DNA from: Candidatus Poribacteria bacterium
GTDB lineage: Bacteria; Poribacteria; WGA-4E; PCPOR2b
DNA: 64,000 nucleotides
NCBI GenBank assembly: GCA_965208325.1
Contig: OZ242326.1
Coordinates: 1,024,001-1,088,000, forward strand
Reading direction: 5' to 3'
How positions within the stretch are numbered: the stretch's first letter is position 1; each line of letters opens with the position of its first letter. Below the pieces are notes generated by a model, which did no database searches, was not told where the DNA came from, and saw only the letters and a list, made by a program, of their open reading frames with translations. A program made the translations under genes and the position numbers. Shown here piece by piece: positions 59,872-64,000 of this stretch.

Positions 59872-61419
59872 CTACTGTTGCTTTATCTGTTTGCGAAAGG
59901 GGATGAGTTTGAAGGCGATTCCGGCAGCACGAGTGTACAACAACAATACAATGCAAACGACCGTGCAGATGATTGGCAACCAATCACCGAAACGCGTATA
60001 GAGGGTGCGCTGCTGTTCGTTTATGGGGACTTGCGCAATCAAGAAATCCTGCTCTGCATTGGGATGAATCGGCTTGGTTATTACATTGCCATACGAGTCA
60101 ATTATACATGAAATTCCTCCATTCGCGCAACGGAAAACTGGGACTCGGTTCTCGACTGCGCGAAACGGGGCAACTGAGAAATGTTGATGGGGCGCTGCCG
60201 TCCCATCAAACCATGCGTCATTGGTGAGAATACCCATAACAGTTGCTCCCTTTTTAACAAACATTCGGAAATGATTTGGAAACACGGATTCGAAACAGAT
60301 GGAAATTCCCATCCGCGCGTCTTTGGTAAGTGGAATTGGAAAGATATTCACCGACTTCCCCGGTTCATACGGTTTAAACTGGATGAGATTCGGGAGGTAG
60401 CGGCCGAGCGGGACATATTCACCGAACGGCACTAGATGCATCTTGGAATAGCTGCCGATTTCCTCGCCGTTTGGGGATAGCAGAAACACCCGATTATACA
60501 CCTTCGAGTCGGGGCTATAATGCGGCGCCCCAATGAGTAAGTTTATCTGTCCGTCAGACAATGTCTGCTCCAATTTTTTGCGATAGTCATTTGGCGCTGA
60601 AAAAATGGCGCCGGGGATAGCGGTCTCGGGTAATACAATGAGAACGGGGCGGGCAGTATCGGCTTGTTCAATCAGATTCACGTATTTATTGAAGATCTTA
60701 TTCAAGTTTTTCCCCCGCCATTTCTCTTCCTGCGGCACATTGCCGGGTACAAGTGCTATTTTAATCGTCGAGGCGGCCTGACGTGGAGTGGACATAGCAA
60801 CTACTCCGTAAACAAGCGAGGCGATAACAATAAAGAGCGGCAATGCCGCCGACTTGAGTTGGCGCCGCCAGAATGGACGCGCACAAAACACGTTTGCGAT
60901 TGCGGCATTGAGGAGAACAATGATGAAGCTTACGCCGTGTACACCCGTTATTGATGCAATTTGAATTGCGTATGAGTTATTCCATTGGCTATATCCCATG
61001 CTTCCCCAAGGAAACCCGGTTAGCATCCAGCTGCGAACCCATTCTAACGCTGTCCAAATCACCGGAACCATGAACATATACCGCAAATCGGAATTCCAAG
61101 GAAACCGAAATATAATGGCAGAAAAAATAGCTGGGTAGACGGCAAGATAGGCAACCAGCGCGGCGCACGCGAACGATGTCACAAAGATATTCGCAAACGG
61201 ATAGAGCAGGGCTATCCAATAGGTCATGCCGAAGAAAAAAATGGCGCCGGCAACGTATCCACACCAAAATGCTGTCTTCCAACTGGATGCCGAATTCAAG
61301 CTAACCAGAAGAGGGGTAAGCCCCACCCACGCGAGAGGAAACAGATTAAAGTTCGGTTGGCTGAAAATTAGCAGTAGGCCGGATAAGCCCGCGAGAACGA
61401 ATTTCTGATAACGTTTCAT
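59872..61419 (-). CDS. lnt: Apolipoprotein N-acyltransferase
   Basis: GFPW..GY, PETA, K.HLVPFGEY, ICFE, TNDAWF, RAVEN. Confidence 0.95.
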   Translation of the reverse strand: MKRYQKFVLAGLSGLLLIFSQPNFNLFPLAWVGLTPLLVSLNSASSWKTAFWCGYVAGAIFFFGMTYWIALLYPFANIFVTSFACAALVAYLAVYPAIFSAIIFRFPWNSDLRYMFMVPVIWTALEWVRSWMLTGFPWGSMGYSQWNNSYAIQIASITGVHGVSFIIVLLNAAIANVFCARPFWRRQLKSAALPLFIVIASLVYGVVAMSTPRQAASTIKIALVPGNVPQEEKWRGKNLNKIFNKYVNLIEQADTARPVLIVLPETAIPGAIFSAPNDYRKKLEQTLSDGQINLLIGAPHYSPDSKVYNRVFLLSPNGEEIGSYSKMHLVPFGEYVPLGRYLPNLIQFKPYEPGKSVNIFPIPLTKDARMGISICFESVFPNHFRMFVKKGATVMGILTNDAWFDGTAAPHQHFSVAPFRAVENRVPVFRCANGGISCIIDSYGNVITKPIHPNAEQDFLIAQVPINEQQRTLYTRFGDWLPIICTVVCIVLLLYTRAAGIAFKLIPFRKQIKQQ

Positions 61420-61789
61420 GCTCTAACCTAAAAGGCTCAAAAAACGAGTCCTTCATCCCATGCCGCCGTCGATGCATCTCAGAAAAAGCAGGCGCATTGG
61501 AATTCAATACGAAATTCTTAAAAGGCGATGAATCTCAATTACCCGCCGTGATACACGGCACTAACTTGCGCCGCCGCGTCGCGTGATGTGTAATTGGACC
61601 GGGCAGGGCTTAGCTCAGAAATCAGCATGTATGGCGTTGCAAGCCCAAGGATTCAAATGGGAATAAGAATTTTGGAGTAGATATAGCGGGAAAAGGCTGC
61701 GCCAAACGGCAAACATCAATTCAAAACCGGAATTCGGGCGAATCCGTGAATCGCAGGTAAATCTCGCATGGGAATGCTGGTCCCACCTG

Positions 61790-62893
61790 TCACCGAAGCT
61801 TGAGCGTGCTTAATGCCATTAGCATAAGTATGAATGCAACAATCCAAAATCGAATGACGATTTTCGATTCCTTCCAACCGATTTGTTCAAAATGGTGGTG
61901 TAAAGGCGACATCTTGAACACACGCTTTTTCCGCGTCCGATACGACCATACTTGAATAATGACGGAGAGTATTTCCGCAACGAAGATACCGCCGACAAGT
62001 ACTAGCAGAATCTCCGCTTTTGCTAGAATGGCGACCGTACCCAGCGCACCGCCGAGCGCCAATGAGCCTGTATCTCCCATCATGACCTGTGCCGGATGGC
62101 AATTGTACCACAAGAATCCCAAGCCCGCCCCGATGAGCGCCGCACAGAAGATTGCAACCGCCTCTCCGCTTGCGGGTAGGTGTGCAATGTCCAAATAACT
62201 TGCCAACTGTTGATGCGTCGTCAAATATCCCAATGCGCCAAACGTGGCTGCCACAAACAATGTACAACCGATCGCTAGGCCGTCAAGCCCATCTGTCAAG
62301 TTTACAGCGTTGGAAGTCCCCACGATTACGATTGTAGCGAATGGAATAAATAAAAACTCAAGATTCGGGCGAAGTTGCTTGAAAAATGGGATGATAATTG
62401 ATGTTCTCGTTGCCAGGTCGTCCTTCGGGGCGGGACCCCAATGGTAAAGATAAAAAGCGATAGCTAAGGCGCCAATCGTTTGAAGGAAGATTTTATGCCA
62501 GCCCCGCAAACCAAGCGACTGTTTCCTTGAGATTTTAAGATAATCATCAAGAAAACCGATGCCGCCAAACCATAGTAAACTCAACGCTAACAGGAAGATA
62601 TAAGGTTGATCCAACCGCGCCCACAGAAGCGTTGAAATCAACACGGACGAGATAACTAACACACCGCCCATTGTCGGCGTACCAGCCTTGATAACGTGGC
62701 TTTGGGGGCCATCCTCCTGGATGTACTGGCCAATCTTCAACTGGCGAAGATGTCGAATGACAAGCGGGCCAAAAACCAAAGCAATCAACAACGCCGTTAC
62801 CGTCGCATAGATTGCCCGAAAGCTAATATACCGGAAGACGTTAAAAGGCGAAAAAACGTCTGTTAATAGTTCAAAAAATAGGTAGTAAAACAT
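61790..62893 (-). CDS. mraY: Phospho-N-acetylmuramoyl-pentapeptide transferase
   Basis: KAGTPTMGG, DDYLK, NAVNLTDGLDGL, MGDTGS, PLHHHFE. Confidence 0.97.
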   Translation of the reverse strand: MFYYLFFELLTDVFSPFNVFRYISFRAIYATVTALLIALVFGPLVIRHLRQLKIGQYIQEDGPQSHVIKAGTPTMGGVLVISSVLISTLLWARLDQPYIFLLALSLLWFGGIGFLDDYLKISRKQSLGLRGWHKIFLQTIGALAIAFYLYHWGPAPKDDLATRTSIIIPFFKQLRPNLEFLFIPFATIVIVGTSNAVNLTDGLDGLAIGCTLFVAATFGALGYLTTHQQLASYLDIAHLPASGEAVAIFCAALIGAGLGFLWYNCHPAQVMMGDTGSLALGGALGTVAILAKAEILLVLVGGIFVAEILSVIIQVWSYRTRKKRVFKMSPLHHHFEQIGWKESKIVIRFWIVAFILMLMALSTLKLR

Positions 62894-62941
62894 CGTAATA
62901 AATTGGGAGATTGAGATTTGATGTTACGTTTAATCGGGCGC

Positions 62942-64000
62942 CTAATTTTTCACGCCCGCGCCCGAATTGATTTTGCCTGATTTGAGATTCAGCCGACTCA
63001 GAAGATTAGCACCGTAAGAATATGAAACGCTGTTTCGCTCTGCATACACTTCAAAAGCGAGTTCAATCAGATTGTCGACTAACAGCGGGAAATCGACATT
63101 TTCGCGTTCCCATAAGTAAAAACTAAATGAGCCGGGAATAGTATTGATTTCATTTACAATGGGAATCTCGCCCTTTCCAACCAGGAAGTCAACCCGCGCG
63201 ATACCCTTGCAGTCGAGAACTTCGAAGGTGCGCTTGGCTAAATCTTGGATTTTCGAAGTTAGCTCGGGCGAAATTGGCGCAGGGATCGTTCGGTCAGCAC
63301 CCGCCATGCCAGAAATTTTACTTTCATCGTGAACGTACTTATCGTCAAAACTCAGGAATTCACCGGAAGACACCGGTTGTTCACATACGGACGCAGCTAA
63401 ATCGTAGCTACCCATTACCGAGCAATTGATTTCTATTGCGTCCTCTAATCCCTCTTCTACAATAACACGCATGTCGTATTGGCACGCCAGATCAAGAGCC
63501 GACTTAAGATTGCCCTGATTTTGAACTTGGCTTACTCCGATACTGGAGCCGGAGTTTGCCGGTTTAACGAACACAGGGTAATTTAGGTTATGTTCAACCT
63601 TTTTTGCGGCGCATTCCGGATTAGCTTCCAACTCTTTCTTCGTGAACCACAAGTATGACACAACCGGGAGATTTTCCTCCTTAAGGATTGCCTTCATGAC
63701 AATTTTGTCCATTCCCACCGCCGATCCAAGCACTCCTGCTCCAATGTAGGGAATATTCATGAGTTCCAGCAATCCCGGCAGCGTTCCATCCTCACCGTGA
63801 GCCCCGTGTATTACCGGAAATACGACATCGACCGGCAGGAGTTTACACCGTTGAAATCGCCCAAATCCACGTTTAGATGCCCGAAACCGTGGTTTTTGCC
63901 CGAATTCTATGATAACTTTGTCCGAGTTGGCGTCATTCGGAAGATCCCCGCGCGTAAAAGTGTCCAATTCAAGAAAATTATTGCTTGTTAACCACTCACC
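62942..64000 (-). CDS. ddl: D-alanine--D-alanine ligase (5' end truncated by the window)
   Basis: HGAHGEDG, MDK, VKPANSGSSIG, ARVDF, NEINTIPG. Confidence 0.92.
   Translation of the reverse strand, partial: GEWLTSNNFLELDTFTRGDLPNDANSDKVIIEFGQKPRFRASKRGFGRFQRCKLLPVDVVFPVIHGAHGEDGTLPGLLELMNIPYIGAGVLGSAVGMDKIVMKAILKEENLPVVSYLWFTKKELEANPECAAKKVEHNLNYPVFVKPANSGSSIGVSQVQNQGNLKSALDLACQYDMRVIVEEGLEDAIEINCSVMGSYDLAASVCEQPVSSGEFLSFDDKYVHDESKISGMAGADRTIPAPISPELTSKIQDLAKRTFEVLDCKGIARVDFLVGKGEIPIVNEINTIPGSFSFYLWERENVDFPLLVDNLIELAFEVYAERNSVSYSYGANLLSRLNLKSGKINSGAGVKN

Noticed and set aside
61420..61789. ncRNA in the 370 bp mraY-lnt gap
   Set aside because: No recognisable tRNA, RNase P, tmRNA, SRP or riboswitch motif by eye; an Rfam search would be needed.

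Overview
Bacterial (diderm) genomic window, probably Candidatus Poribacteria or a relative. This is an inference from the expanded LamG, PhyH, TolB-like and CRTAC1/TPR families and a shared C-terminal V.P..KL...WG..K motif. Left half (1-38 kb) is accessory: an RND permease, a HAL2-type nucleotidase, a DeoC-like aldolase with a GH32, alternating LamG and PhyH genes, hicAB, a tyrosine recombinase with a clear recombination-site architecture, tandem TolB-like propeller proteins and many MITE/REP-like repeats. Right half (38-64 kb) is one minus-strand run: ddl, mraY, lnt, prfB (+1 frameshift), lysS, lolC/E, lolD, ilvE, bamA, skp, lpxD, a polysaccharide deacetylase, a UbiA, DGGGP synthase, a TrmH family methylase, a ferredoxin, geranylgeranyl reductase, GGGP synthase, then CIRCE-hrcA-grpE-dnaK-dnaJ. 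The main finding is an archaeal-type ether-lipid gene set (GGGPS, DGGGPS, GGR and ferredoxin) placed directly downstream of outer-membrane biogenesis genes. The ORF track truncates the reductase. It actually runs 45440 to 44247, with an in-frame TGA exactly at the conserved FAD-proximal Cys (PVR-TGA-AEG), followed by a SECIS-like hairpin, so it is a candidate selenoprotein. All product calls come from motif recognition by eye, with no database search.
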